A DNA stretch of 64,000 nucleotides from a bacterium (lineage in GTDB: Bacteria > UBA8248 > JACPRG01 > G963555815), in assembly GCA_965218795.1 (NCBI GenBank), contig OZ244653.1:4320001-4384000 (forward strand), in the 5' to 3' direction. A program made the position numbers and the translations under genes. Positions 1-10,118 of this stretch are shown in pieces. Numbering within the stretch: the first letter of the stretch is position 1; each line of letters begins with the position of its first letter. Below the pieces are notes generated by a model, which saw nothing but the letters and a program-made list of their open reading frames with translations, ran no database searches and was not told where the DNA came from.

Positions 1-564
1 GTAGGGACCGAAGTAGGAGGCTCCATCCTTCCCGACCCGCCGGACGATCTCCAGGCGCGGATAATCTTCATGCGTCGTGAAGCGCAGGTAAGGGAAGTGC
101 TTATCGTCGCGGAGGACGACGTTGTACTTGGGCCGGTGACGCTTGATGTAATTGCTTTCGAGGATGAGGGCCTCCACCTCGCTGGCCGTGACGATGTAGT
201 CCAGGGACTGGATCTGTTCGACCAGTTTTTGAATGCGCGGGGAGAGATGGGCGGAGGGCGCGAAGTAGGAGCGGACGCGATGCCTGAGGGACTTGGCCTT
301 CCCGACATAGAGGACCTTCTGCTTATCGTTGCGCATCATATAGATGCCGGGAGAGGCGGGCAGCCCTTCGCCCAGGCGGTCCCGCCCGGCCACCTGCGTC
401 CCGACTGTTTTCGATTCGACCTTCTTGGCGCTCACGGCACTCAACCTGCCGTTCGGGTTCGCTGACTGCGGCGTGTCAAGACCCGTCCCCGGGTCGCTCT
501 CGATTCGTATCGAGCCATCACACGGTCCGGATGCCCCGGGCGGACCGGCCGGCCCGTCTCGCAT
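1..564 (-). CDS. uvrC: Excinuclease ABC subunit C, N-terminal part (runs off window)
   Basis: Manual translation of the minus strand gives LPASPGIYMMRNDKQKVLYVGKAKSLRHRVRSYF...EALILESNYIKRHRPKYNVVLRDDKHFPYL, the UvrC GIY-YIG domain. Lies directly downstream of uvrB. Start uncertain (ATG at 564 or a later GTG). Confidence 0.93.
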   Translation of the reverse strand, partial: MRDGPAGPPGASGPCDGSIRIESDPGTGLDTPQSANPNGRLSAVSAKKVESKTVGTQVAGRDRLGEGLPASPGIYMMRNDKQKVLYVGKAKSLRHRVRSYFAPSAHLSPRIQKLVEQIQSLDYIVTASEVEALILESNYIKRHRPKYNVVLRDDKHFPYLRFTTHEDYPRLEIVRRVGKDGASYFGPY

Positions 565-576
565 AACCTTTCTGAC

Positions 577-2583
577 CTAAACGGTAACCCCCAACTCACG
601 CTTTTCAAGTACGGCGATTCGGTCCCGAAGCTCGGCGGCCTTTTCGAACTCCAGTCGTTGGGCCGCGGCGAGCATCTCCTCCCGAAGCTTCGCAATCCGA
701 TTTTCGACGGCCTCGGGAGATGTGGAAGCGTAGTAAGGGGCCTCCTCCTCGGCGGCCCGGGAAGCGGACAGGTAGTCCCGCTGGGACACATCGCCCAAGA
801 CCTCGTTGATGTTTCGGACGATGGTCCGCGGGGTGATGCCATGCTCCCGGTTGTAGACCTCCTGGATTTCCCGCCTCCGGCGGGTTTCCGAAATCGCGGC
901 CTCCATGGAACGGGTCATTTGATCGGCGTACAGGATGACCGTCCCATGGACGTTCCGCGCCGCGCGTCCGCTCGTCTGGATGAGCGAGGTTTCCGACCGC
1001 AGATATCCTTCCTTGTCGGCGTCCAGAACGGCCACCAGCGAAACCTCGGGAATGTCCAACCCCTCGCGGAGCAGGTTGATACCGATCAAGACGTCGAACT
1101 CACCCAGCCGGAGCTCCCGGATGATGGCCACACGTTCCAGCGTATCGATATCCGAATGCAAATAGCGCACCCGCACACCGGCCTCCTGGTAGAACTCCGC
1201 CAACTCTTCGGCGAACCGCTTGGTGAGCGTCGTCACGAGCACCCGCTCGCCGGTCTCGGCCCTTTCCCGGATGGCGCCCAACAGGTCGTCCACCTGCCCG
1301 CGAACGGGGCGGATCTCCATGATCGGGTCCATCAGGCCGGTCGGCCGGATGATTTGCTCGGTGACGAGCCCGCCGCTGATCTGAAGCTCGTACGGGCCGG
1401 GCGTCGCCGAGACGTAAATCGCATGAGGAATTCTCGCTTCGAATTCGTCATAGCTGAGCGGGCGGTTGTCCAGGGCGGAAGGGAGGCGGAATCCGTGAGC
1501 CACCAGGGTTTCCTTGCGCGAGCGGTCGCCGGCGTACATGCCCCGGAACTGTGGAACGGTTACATGGCCCTCATCGATAATGTAGAGCGATTCCGGCGGA
1601 AAATAATCCAGGAGGGTATGGGGCGGCTCGCCGGCCTGGCGACCCTCCAAGTGGCGGGAGTAATTCTCGACGCCGTTGCAATAGCCCACCTCGCGAAACA
1701 TTTCCAGATCGAACTTGGTCCGTTGCTCCAGGCGCTGGGCCTCCAGGTACTTGTCCTCCCGCTTGAGCTCCGCCAGACGTTCGTCCATTTCTTCTTCGAT
1801 GCCGATCAGTGCGCGCTCCAGGCGATCTTCGGGTGTGACGTAATGGCTGCTTGGGTAGATATCGACTGATTTCCGCTTGCGAACGGTCGTCCCGCGGAGG
1901 GGATCGATATCGCTGATCGCTTCAATCTCATCGCCGAAGAACTCGATCCGGAGTGCGTCCTCCGTCTCATAGGCGGGGATGATCTCGACCACGTCTCCCC
2001 GCACCCGAAAGGTGCCGCGCTTGAACTCGATATCGTTCCGTTGGTACTGGATCTGCACCAAGCGGGTCAGGATTTCGTCGCGATCGATTCGTTGCCCGCT
2101 CTCCAGGTAGATGTGCATGCCGTGGTAGGTCTCCGGCGATCCCAGTCCATAGATGCAGGAGACGCTCGCCACCATGATGACATCGCGCCGGGTCAGGAGC
2201 GAGAAGGTGGCGGAGTGCCTGAGCTTGTCCAGCTCATCGTTGATGGAAGCGTCCTTGTCGATGTAGGTGTCCGTGCTCGGCACGTACGCCTCGGGCTGGT
2301 AGTAGTCGTAATAGCTGACGAAGTACTCCACGGCGTTGTGGGGGAAGAAGGTCCGGAACTCGTTGTAGAGCTGGGCGGCCAGGGTTTTGTTGGGCGCGAC
2401 CACAAGGGCCGGTTTGCCCAAGGCGGCGATGACGTTCGCCATGGTGAACGTCTTGCCGGATCCGGTGACCCCCAGGAGGACCTGGTGACGCACGCCCTCC
2501 TCCAGGTTGCGGAGGAGGCTCTCGATGGCCTGCGGCTGATCGCCGGTGGGCTCGAAGTCGGAGACGAGTTGAAATTCATTCAT
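577..2583 (-). CDS. uvrB: Excinuclease ABC subunit B
   Basis: [27 protein letters not shown] beta-hairpin and C-terminal UVR domain ([11 protein letters not shown]). Start placed at MNEFQLVS. Confidence 0.98.
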   Translation of the reverse strand: MNEFQLVSDFEPTGDQPQAIESLLRNLEEGVRHQVLLGVTGSGKTFTMANVIAALGKPALVVAPNKTLAAQLYNEFRTFFPHNAVEYFVSYYDYYQPEAYVPSTDTYIDKDASINDELDKLRHSATFSLLTRRDVIMVASVSCIYGLGSPETYHGMHIYLESGQRIDRDEILTRLVQIQYQRNDIEFKRGTFRVRGDVVEIIPAYETEDALRIEFFGDEIEAISDIDPLRGTTVRKRKSVDIYPSSHYVTPEDRLERALIGIEEEMDERLAELKREDKYLEAQRLEQRTKFDLEMFREVGYCNGVENYSRHLEGRQAGEPPHTLLDYFPPESLYIIDEGHVTVPQFRGMYAGDRSRKETLVAHGFRLPSALDNRPLSYDEFEARIPHAIYVSATPGPYELQISGGLVTEQIIRPTGLMDPIMEIRPVRGQVDDLLGAIRERAETGERVLVTTLTKRFAEELAEFYQEAGVRVRYLHSDIDTLERVAIIRELRLGEFDVLIGINLLREGLDIPEVSLVAVLDADKEGYLRSETSLIQTSGRAARNVHGTVILYADQMTRSMEAAISETRRRREIQEVYNREHGITPRTIVRNINEVLGDVSQRDYLSASRAAEEEAPYYASTSPEAVENRIAKLREEMLAAAQRLEFEKAAELRDRIAVLEKRELGVTV

Positions 2584-2652
2584 GGCAGAAGGAATTGCCG
2601 AGGAGAAGGAAACGCCGTTGGACAAAGCCGCACGGGGACGCAGTTTCCCCGC

Positions 2653-3207
2653 TTACTTGGCCTGGGGGCGATACGGCTCGATGTACTTTTTCCAGGTATC
2701 GAGGGTCGATGACTGGATTGCGCTGGCCACGTACTGGTGAAACAGGAAGAAGGGCCGATGCGGATTGCGGAGCAACCGCATCCCGCTGTCCTGGACCGTT
2801 CGGTTTCCCTTCTCGGAGTTACAGGGCTGACAGGCAGCGACGACGTTCTCCCAGTTCGTATGTCCGCCCCGGGACCGGGGGACGATATGATCGATGGTCA
2901 GCCCCTTGCCGCGCTTGCCGCAGTACTGACAGGTGAAGTGATCCCGGCGGAAGACGTTCCGCTTGCTGAAGGTGACCTCTCCCCGACGAGGGATGCGCAC
3001 GAATCGTTGAAGACGGATGACGCTCGGCAGGGGAAGGGAAAGACGGTAGGAACGGATCAAAAAGCCATCCTCCTCCACCGTCTCGGCCCGGCCACCGAGA
3101 ATCATTGTAACGGCGCGGCGTCCCGAGCAAATGTGGAGCGGCTCATAGCTCCGATTCAGTACCAATACCCAAAGAGAATTGAGATCCGGTGTTGTCACGT
3201 GAACCAA
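2653..3207 (-). CDS. HNH endonuclease (McrA/HNH_5-like)
   Basis: VLVLNRSYEPL N-terminus; RDHFTCQYCG...TIDHIVPRSRGG...NVVAACQPCNSEKG. Confidence 0.92.
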   Translation of the reverse strand: MVHVTTPDLNSLWVLVLNRSYEPLHICSGRRAVTMILGGRAETVEEDGFLIRSYRLSLPLPSVIRLQRFVRIPRRGEVTFSKRNVFRRDHFTCQYCGKRGKGLTIDHIVPRSRGGHTNWENVVAACQPCNSEKGNRTVQDSGMRLLRNPHRPFFLFHQYVASAIQSSTLDTWKKYIEPYRPQAK

Positions 3208-3369
3208 TCCGGTGCAAATTCATCCTAACGATAAGGCCCGGATCGGGCGGTGTCAACGCGGCGACCGCACGGGCCATTCAGGCGGGATTCAGCCGCCCCT
3301 TTCTGAATCCGGGGGGCGGATCGAGGTTGACGGCATTCAACGCCGGGTGATTGGGCGCGTCGTCGCGGG

Positions 3370-5583
3370 ATGCGGGAGGCCCATCGTTTGAAAATCCGGT
3401 TCCGGTTTCTTTTCTTCCTGCCCCTGGTGATCGCCGTCGGCGTCGGCACCACCATCGGACTCTTGTTTGCCCAGTTCGAAGGCCTTCCCGATGTCCAGGA
3501 CCTGGAGCGGTACCGCCCGAGCACCATCACCAGGATCTACGATCGGAGCGAAAACCTTCTGGCCGAATTCTATATCGAGCGACGCATTGTCGTCCCCCTC
3601 CACCGGATTCCCAAGCACCTTGTGGAAGCCACCTTGGCGATCGAGGACAGTCATTTCTATAACCACATGGGAATCGACTTCAAGGGGATCATCCGGGCCT
3701 TTTACCGTAATCTCCGGGCCGGCCGTATCGTCCAGGGAGGAAGCACGATCACGCAACAGCTGGCCAAGGTTCTGTTCCTGACGCCCCAGCGAAGTCTGAC
3801 CCGGAAGATCAAGGAGGCCCTGCTGGCACTGCGGATTGAACGGGCGTACAGCAAAGAGGAGATCCTCGCGCTGTATTTCAATCAGATTTATCTGGGGAGC
3901 GGGGCGTACGGTGTGGAAGCCGCCGCACGGACGTATTTCGACAAAGGGGTGGAAAACGTTTCGCTGGGCGAGGCAGCGCTTCTGGCCGCTTTGCCGAAGG
4001 CCCCCTCCTCCCTGTCCCCGATCCGGTATCCGGAACGCGCCCTGCGGAGGCGAAACATCGTCCTGGAGCGGATGCACAAGCTCGGATTCATCTCCGAAGA
4101 GCAGGCGCAGGAGGCTATCAAGGCCTCCCTTCTGATCGTCCCTGAAAAGCCGACCGAGACGTCCGGGCCCCATTTCGTAGAGCACGTTCGCCGCGAACTC
4201 CAGGAAATGTTCGGGAACCGGGATTTGTACCGGAAGGGTTTGAGGGTCTATACGACGCTGGATCTGAACCTGCAGCGGGCCGCCCGCGCGGCCATGCTGA
4301 AGGGCCTGACGGAAGTCGACCGCCGCCGGGGGTTTATGAAGCGTCCCGCTCCGCCTGCGGCCGGTCCCCTGGCGCCCCTGCCTGCGAAGGGCGCCCGGAT
4401 TATGGGCACCGTCACCCGGATTGACGGGAAGCGTGTCTCGGGAACCTTCGGGGGCCTCTCCGCGGGCATTACACCGCCGAACCCGAAATGGGCCGAAAAT
4501 CTTTCCGTCGGGGATCCGCTTCTCGTTCAGGTTGAATCCGTTGATGTGGAGAAACGCAAGGTCGAATTGAGGCCGGTCGGCCGAACGGAGGGCGCCCTGA
4601 TCGCATTGGATGTCAAAACCGGAGCCATCCGGGCCATGGTGGGCGGCCGGGATTTCGAAAAGAGCGAATTCAACCGCGCCATCCAGGCCCAACGCCAGCC
4701 GGGATCCTCCTTCAAGCCCTTTATCTATGCGGCCGCTTTGCAAAAAGGCTCTCGACCCAACGACATTGTGGTCGATGCTCCCGTTTCCTATTGGGATCCC
4801 GTGCGAAAGAAGATGTGGAAGCCCACGAATTATGAGAAGCGGTTTTTCGGGCGAGTGACCCTTCAGCGATCGCTGGAGCATTCCATCAACGTCGCGACCA
4901 TCCGATTGCTGGACCAAGTGGGCACCCGAAGGGTCGCCGCGTTCGTGAAGCGTCTCGGTATTCGAAGCCCTGTTGAGCCCTACCTGTCCATAGCTCTGGG
5001 GACATCGGTCGTCACCGTGCAGGAAATGGTCTCAGCCTACGCCACCCTCGCCAACTCCGGACTCCGGACGGAACCCCATACGATCCAACGTGTGGAGACG
5101 GCCGATGGCCGCACATTGTTCGAGCGGGAAGCGCGCTTCTCGCGCGCCATGGATGCCGAGAACGCTTATCTGATGACTCATATGATGCGAGGGGTCATTC
5201 AGCGGGGGACGGGACGGAAGGCGAAGGTTCTCAAGGCGGCCCTCGCCGGAAAGACCGGCACGACCGATGAATTCAAAGACGCTTGGTTTATCGGGTTCTC
5301 TCCGAGCCTGGCCCTCGGTGTGTGGGTGGGCGTGGATACCAACGAATCCCTGGGGCACGGTGAAACCGGCGCGCGGGCCGCGCTTCCCATATGGATTGAC
5401 ACCATGAGGATCTGGACGCAGGAACACCCGGATGAGCAATTCCCCGTACCCGCGGATATTCGCCTCGTCGATGTGGACAGCCGGACAGGTCTGCTGGCGG
5501 CAGCCCCCTGCAGGCGGTTTGCCATCCGGATTGCCTTGAAGAAAGGGACCGAGCCAGTACGCCCCTGCGGCTCTCCTCCGTGA
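3370..5583 (+). CDS. mrcA: Penicillin-binding protein 1A (class A transglycosylase/transpeptidase)
   Basis: N-terminal TM helix. Transglycosylase motifs EDSHF, GGSTITQQL, RKIKE; transpeptidase motifs SSFK, SIN, KTG. Confidence 0.93.
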   Translation: MREAHRLKIRFRFLFFLPLVIAVGVGTTIGLLFAQFEGLPDVQDLERYRPSTITRIYDRSENLLAEFYIERRIVVPLHRIPKHLVEATLAIEDSHFYNHMGIDFKGIIRAFYRNLRAGRIVQGGSTITQQLAKVLFLTPQRSLTRKIKEALLALRIERAYSKEEILALYFNQIYLGSGAYGVEAAARTYFDKGVENVSLGEAALLAALPKAPSSLSPIRYPERALRRRNIVLERMHKLGFISEEQAQEAIKASLLIVPEKPTETSGPHFVEHVRRELQEMFGNRDLYRKGLRVYTTLDLNLQRAARAAMLKGLTEVDRRRGFMKRPAPPAAGPLAPLPAKGARIMGTVTRIDGKRVSGTFGGLSAGITPPNPKWAENLSVGDPLLVQVESVDVEKRKVELRPVGRTEGALIALDVKTGAIRAMVGGRDFEKSEFNRAIQAQRQPGSSFKPFIYAAALQKGSRPNDIVVDAPVSYWDPVRKKMWKPTNYEKRFFGRVTLQRSLEHSINVATIRLLDQVGTRRVAAFVKRLGIRSPVEPYLSIALGTSVVTVQEMVSAYATLANSGLRTEPHTIQRVETADGRTLFEREARFSRAMDAENAYLMTHMMRGVIQRGTGRKAKVLKAALAGKTGTTDEFKDAWFIGFSPSLALGVWVGVDTNESLGHGETGARAALPIWIDTMRIWTQEHPDEQFPVPADIRLVDVDSRTGLLAAAPCRRFAIRIALKKGTEPVRPCGSPP

Positions 5584-5910
5584 TCCCGGTTCTCTTGCCG
5601 ACGGAATTCGTCCCTCGAAAGGGGCAATCAAAGGGTGGAATCCCATCGGATCAGAGATGCCGAGGGATCATTTTTTTGTTCAGATTCGCTGAAAATCGTG
5701 TAAAATTTCATTCAAGCCCAAAGGAAAAAGGGCAGAACCCATTCTCCTGTCCTGTGGCCTTGATTAAGATACTGGATTCCCTTGAGAAAGAAGGGGAAAT
5801 CCGGAAGCCTGCGGCGAAAAAAAATCTTGTCAGCCGCCTTCGGATGTACTAGTTAGGATAGACAAAGTTAAACACTGCCTTAACGGACTTGAAGATCCGT
5901 TTGTGATGGT

Positions 5911-6339
5911 TTGGCCGTAAGAATCGAGGATATACCCGTGCGCGAATCCGGATCAGCTCGAATCCTTATCCTTGAGCAATCCTCGAGGTCACGCGAAGCC
6001 ATTCGCTCAATCCTCAGGCAAGAATCTTATGAGGCCGATACCGCGGTGACGGCCCAAGACGCTCTGGATATGATTGCCGGCGAACAATACGATGTGCTCG
6101 TGACGGATATGCCGCTTTCTTCGATGGGACGTTCGGGGTGGCTCCACAGCGGCCCGACCGAGGCTGCCGAAATTCCCGTGGTGGCTATTGTCGGAGCCCA
6201 GGACCGGGGCAACGAACCGGATCCTTTGCCGGATCAGGTCAAGGTGGTCTTGAGCACCCCGGTTCGGAAGGGAGAGCTGCTTGCGGCGGTCCGGGAAGCT
6301 CTCTGTATCGGACCCGAGCACAGCCTGTTTTCCCGATAG
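5911..6339 (+). CDS. Stand-alone atypical response-regulator receiver domain
   Basis: RILILEQ...YDVLVTD...IPVVAI...LSTPV follows the REC pattern, but the conserved Lys and Thr/Ser are substituted. Confidence 0.7.
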   Translation: MAVRIEDIPVRESGSARILILEQSSRSREAIRSILRQESYEADTAVTAQDALDMIAGEQYDVLVTDMPLSSMGRSGWLHSGPTEAAEIPVVAIVGAQDRGNEPDPLPDQVKVVLSTPVRKGELLAAVREALCIGPEHSLFSR

Positions 6340-6508
6340 GGCCGGCCCCGGCCCCGGATCGACAGCCTGCATCAAAGAAGCCGGGCCAGGAGCCCCGCTT
6401 CTCCAGTCTTCTTGTTTCAACCCGGATCAATGACCCTGGGCCTCCGAATCGTCGTGGTGGTGCAAGTGTAGGGGCCGTGAAGCCTGTCAGGGGGAAGGGA
6501 GTCTGGCG

Positions 6509-7696
6509 GTGGACAAGGCGGTTATCGTTGAGGCTGTGAGGACTCCAATCGGTCGCGACCGGGGCTCCCTGAAAGGCTTCGATGTGGACGAGCTGGCCTC
6601 GCTGGTGTTGTCCGAAGTCGTCCGGCGGGCGGATTTTGATCCGTCGGCGCTTGACGACGTCATGGTCGGCGTCTCGAATCAGGCGGCGCGCGCCAAGAAC
6701 ATCGCCCGGGTGGCGCTGCTCCGCGCCGGGTTTCCCGCCTCCATCCCCGGAACCACGATCACGCGGCTCTGCGGTTCGGGTCTGCAAGCCATTCATTTCG
6801 CCGCCATGGCGATCGAAACCGATCAAGCCGAGGCCATCGTGGCCGGGGGTGCCGAGAGCATGACCCGAACACCTTATATCCTCGAGAAAATTCCTTCGTC
6901 CTACGCGCGCGGGGACCGGACCCTGATGGACGCCTTCACGGGAACGGTGACCGCACCCGACGGGATGCACGTGGCCAACGGGATCACCGCGGAAAAAGTA
7001 GCCCGCCAGTACGGCGTGAGCCGCGAGGACCAGGACCGGTACGCCTATCACTCGCACATGCGGGCCAAATCCGCCATCGAAGACGGCCGGTTCCAAGAGG
7101 AGATCGTCCCGGTCGAAGTGCCGCCTGAGACGAAGCGCGGAGAAGCGGTTCGTTTTGAGACGGATGAGCACGTCCGGTTCGACACGACCCTGGAAAAACT
7201 GGCGTCGCTCCGTCCCGCCTTCGAGGAAGGCGGGACCGTGACCGCCGGGAACTCCTCGGGCATCAACGACGGCGCGGCGGCCGTTCTGATCATGAGCGCC
7301 GACCGGGCCAAGGCGGAGGGCTATGAACCCCTGGCGCGGGTCCGCGGGACCGGTGTGGCGGGCACCGACCCGGATATCATGGGGATGGGCCCTATCCATT
7401 CGACGCCCAAGGCCCTCCGGGCGGCGGAAGTTGAGATGGGCGACATCGACCTGGTGGAATTGAACGAAGCGTTCGCCTCCCAGGTGCTGGCCTGCGCGCG
7501 GGTCCTGGAAATTGATCCGGAAGATATGAACGTCAATGGCGGAGGCATATCGATCGGGCACCCCCTGGGCGCAACGGGGGCGCGGATGATGGCCACCCTC
7601 CTCCATGAGATGAAGCGGCGGGACGTGAATCTCGGTCTTGCCACGATGTGCATCGGCGGCGGACAGGGGATCACAAGCGTCGTCGAAAGGGCCTGA
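6509..7696 (+). CDS. Acetyl-CoA C-acyltransferase (thiolase)
   Basis: RLCGSG, NEAF, GHPLGATG and CIGGGQG motifs. Confidence 0.96.
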   Translation: MDKAVIVEAVRTPIGRDRGSLKGFDVDELASLVLSEVVRRADFDPSALDDVMVGVSNQAARAKNIARVALLRAGFPASIPGTTITRLCGSGLQAIHFAAMAIETDQAEAIVAGGAESMTRTPYILEKIPSSYARGDRTLMDAFTGTVTAPDGMHVANGITAEKVARQYGVSREDQDRYAYHSHMRAKSAIEDGRFQEEIVPVEVPPETKRGEAVRFETDEHVRFDTTLEKLASLRPAFEEGGTVTAGNSSGINDGAAAVLIMSADRAKAEGYEPLARVRGTGVAGTDPDIMGMGPIHSTPKALRAAEVEMGDIDLVELNEAFASQVLACARVLEIDPEDMNVNGGGISIGHPLGATGARMMATLLHEMKRRDVNLGLATMCIGGGQGITSVVERA

Positions 7697-7851
7697 ACCT
7701 TCCGCATCTCCTGTGGTCTCCAGTCGAAGCCCTCTGCGCGCTCCCATCGAATTTCGGTTGAATCCGCGGCTTCAACGGCCTAACATAAGCCTCCAGGCCG
7801 AGATCGTACCCCCCTGCCAATCCCGTATGGATCCCTTGGGAGTTCAAAGCA

Positions 7852-8433
7852 ATGGACTGGTCTCTTTTCAGGAGTATTCTGGAAGCCGTCATGATCCTGG
7901 CGGTCCTTCCCGCCGCCGCCGTCTACCTGCTCAGAATCCAGAAGCGTAATGTGGAAGTCCAGCGACGCCTTCTGGAGGAAAAGGATGCCGCCCTCAAGAC
8001 GGCTGAATCATCGTTACGGGAGACCGAGAACGAACTGGCGGCGCTCCAGGACCGGTTTCACGCCTTCACGGAGGAAGTCGCCGCGCGCAACCGCCAGGCA
8101 TGGGCCCGGTTTCTGGAAGAGGAGTCCGCCGTCGTGAAGGCCTCCCATCAGCGGGGCGGCGGCGTCCTGAGGGAGCGATTCGAGGGGTTCAGTGAGCGAC
8201 TGACTTCGGTCCAGCGGGAGCTTGACGGCTTTCGCAGTGACCTGTTGGTGACCTATGACGGCTTTTTCCAAGAGCGGGAGAAATCCCTCGAAGCGAGGGG
8301 CATGCCACCGTTTGTCCAGGCGGAATGGATGTCCGAGATGGAAACCGAGTATCGCGAAGGAACGTCCGGCGAGGTGATCCCGTTCCCGCCCAAGGGGAAT
8401 GGCCCGTCGGATGATGAGGACACCCGGCCGTAA
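7852..8433 (+). CDS. Hypothetical membrane-anchored coiled-coil protein
   Basis: N-terminal hydrophobic helix followed by E/R/L-rich heptad-like sequence; GGGAG RBS-like motif upstream. Confidence 0.7.
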   Translation: MDWSLFRSILEAVMILAVLPAAAVYLLRIQKRNVEVQRRLLEEKDAALKTAESSLRETENELAALQDRFHAFTEEVAARNRQAWARFLEEESAVVKASHQRGGGVLRERFEGFSERLTSVQRELDGFRSDLLVTYDGFFQEREKSLEARGMPPFVQAEWMSEMETEYREGTSGEVIPFPPKGNGPSDDEDTRP

Positions 8434-8595
8434 TATCGGTTGTCCGAGAAGGGCAGGTGGTTCAATCTTTCATGGATGGTTCCGGGTCCCGTCCGCCTCC
8501 GAACAGGCTCCGCGTGGGTCCTGCCGCCGTGGACAACCCAATTGAATGACAGGTAACTTCGCAAAAAGGCGACATGTCCGAGAAGGGTCTGCCGC

Positions 8596-9555
8596 ATGGT
8601 ACTGGAGCGGGCGAAAAAGGTATTGGAGGCCGAGGCGCGTGCCATTACGGACCTGATTCCGCGGCTGGATGAATCGTTCTCGCAGGCGATCGATCTGATC
8701 CTCGATTGTCGGGGCCGGGTCGTCATCAGCGGGATGGGGAAGTCAGGCATCGTGGGTCGGAAGATCGCTTCCACGCTGGCCAGCATCGGGATTCCCTCGC
8801 TCTTCCTTCACCCTGCCGAAGGCGCCCACGGCGACGCCGGGATGATGGCCGGGGGAGACGTGGTCATGGCTCTCTCCAATAGCGGGGAAACGAAAGAACT
8901 GGTGAATCTCCTCTCTTCCATCCGCGCGCTGAAGGTCCCGCTCATTTGCCTGACCGGCAATGCCCAATCCTCCTTGGCCCGGCACAGCGATGTCGTCCTG
9001 AATGTCGGCGTTGAGGAAGAAGCCTGCCCCCTCAATCTCGTGCCCACTTCCAGCACGGCCGCGGCGATGGCCATGGGGGATGCCCTGGCAATGACGCTGC
9101 TGGAGCGGAAAGGACTGGGCCCGGAAGAATACGCCCTCCACCATCCGGGAGGCAGCCTGGGCAACCGGCTGATCCTGCAGGTGAAGGATCTCCTTCGCAC
9201 CGGCGATGAGGTTCCGGTGGTTCAAGTCGAAACGCCGTTCAAGGATGTTATCTACGAAATTTCCTCCAAGCGGCTCGGGGTGACCACGGTGGCGGACAAA
9301 AGCGGCGGGCTCGCAGGAATCATCACGGATGGCGACGTCCGGCGGGCCTTGGAGCGCCATCAGAACGTTCTTGGAACCCGGGCGGAAGAAATCATGTCGA
9401 AGAAGCCGAAGAGTATCGACCCAACGGCCTTGGCCATTGAAGCCCTGCGGCTGATGGAACAGCACAGCATCACCTCATTGTTGACGTTGGATGAAGACCG
9501 AAGAACGACGGGCATCATTCATTTGCATGACATTCTGAAAGCGGGGATTCTCTGA
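8596..9555 (+). CDS. kdsD: Arabinose-5-phosphate isomerase (KpsF/GutQ; SIS + 2 CBS)
   Basis: GMGKSG, HPAEGAHGD, EACPLNLVPTSS, HPGGSLG, C-terminal CBS pair. Confidence 0.96.
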   Translation: MVLERAKKVLEAEARAITDLIPRLDESFSQAIDLILDCRGRVVISGMGKSGIVGRKIASTLASIGIPSLFLHPAEGAHGDAGMMAGGDVVMALSNSGETKELVNLLSSIRALKVPLICLTGNAQSSLARHSDVVLNVGVEEEACPLNLVPTSSTAAAMAMGDALAMTLLERKGLGPEEYALHHPGGSLGNRLILQVKDLLRTGDEVPVVQVETPFKDVIYEISSKRLGVTTVADKSGGLAGIITDGDVRRALERHQNVLGTRAEEIMSKKPKSIDPTALAIEALRLMEQHSITSLLTLDEDRRTTGIIHLHDILKAGIL

Positions 9556-10104
9556 ATGGAGCTGCTCCCGCAGGAACGCGCGCGGAAAATCCGGCTCTTG
9601 ATACTGGATGTGGACGGCGTCCAGACGGACCGGGGTCTTTCCTACGGTGAGGACGGCGGCCCGGTGCGACGGTTCGATGTCCGCGACGGAACGGGAATCG
9701 TCCTGGCCCAGCAGGCGGGCATCGTCGTGGCCTTCGTCAGCGGAAAGGGTGCGCCCTCGATCCGCGCACGGGCTGACGAGCTGGAGGTGAAGGATGTCTA
9801 TGAAAACCTCCACGACAAGGTGAAGGCCTACGAAGAATTAAAGGTGAAGTACGGTGTCACCGACGAGGAGGTCGCTTACGTCGCGGACGATGTGATCGAT
9901 CTGGCCGTCTTGCAGAAAGTGGGGCTGCCCATCGCGGTTGCGGATGCGGCGGCCGAGGTCCTTGCGGTCGCCGCTCGGGTGACCATCCGTCCGGGAGGTC
10001 ACGGGGCCGTTCGGGAGGCCGTGGAATTCATCCTGCGCGCCCAGGAGAAATGGGGCGAAGCACTCAAGTTGCGATTCGGAGCGGAGCCGCTCCCCGGGGG
10101 ATGA
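9556..10104 (+). CDS. kdsC: KDO-8-phosphate phosphatase (HAD family)
   Basis: [23 protein letters not shown]; abuts kdsD. Confidence 0.95.
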   Translation: MELLPQERARKIRLLILDVDGVQTDRGLSYGEDGGPVRRFDVRDGTGIVLAQQAGIVVAFVSGKGAPSIRARADELEVKDVYENLHDKVKAYEELKVKYGVTDEEVAYVADDVIDLAVLQKVGLPIAVADAAAEVLAVAARVTIRPGGHGAVREAVEFILRAQEKWGEALKLRFGAEPLPGG

Positions 10105-10118
10105 GAGAGTCGGGGCCG

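Noticed and set aside
658-1869. Long antisense ORFs (also 3337-4917, 6239-7747, 17797-19416, 34370-36379, 39040-40293, 55924-57477)
   Set aside because: Shadow frames opposite well-supported genes, expected in high-GC DNA; they carry no motifs.
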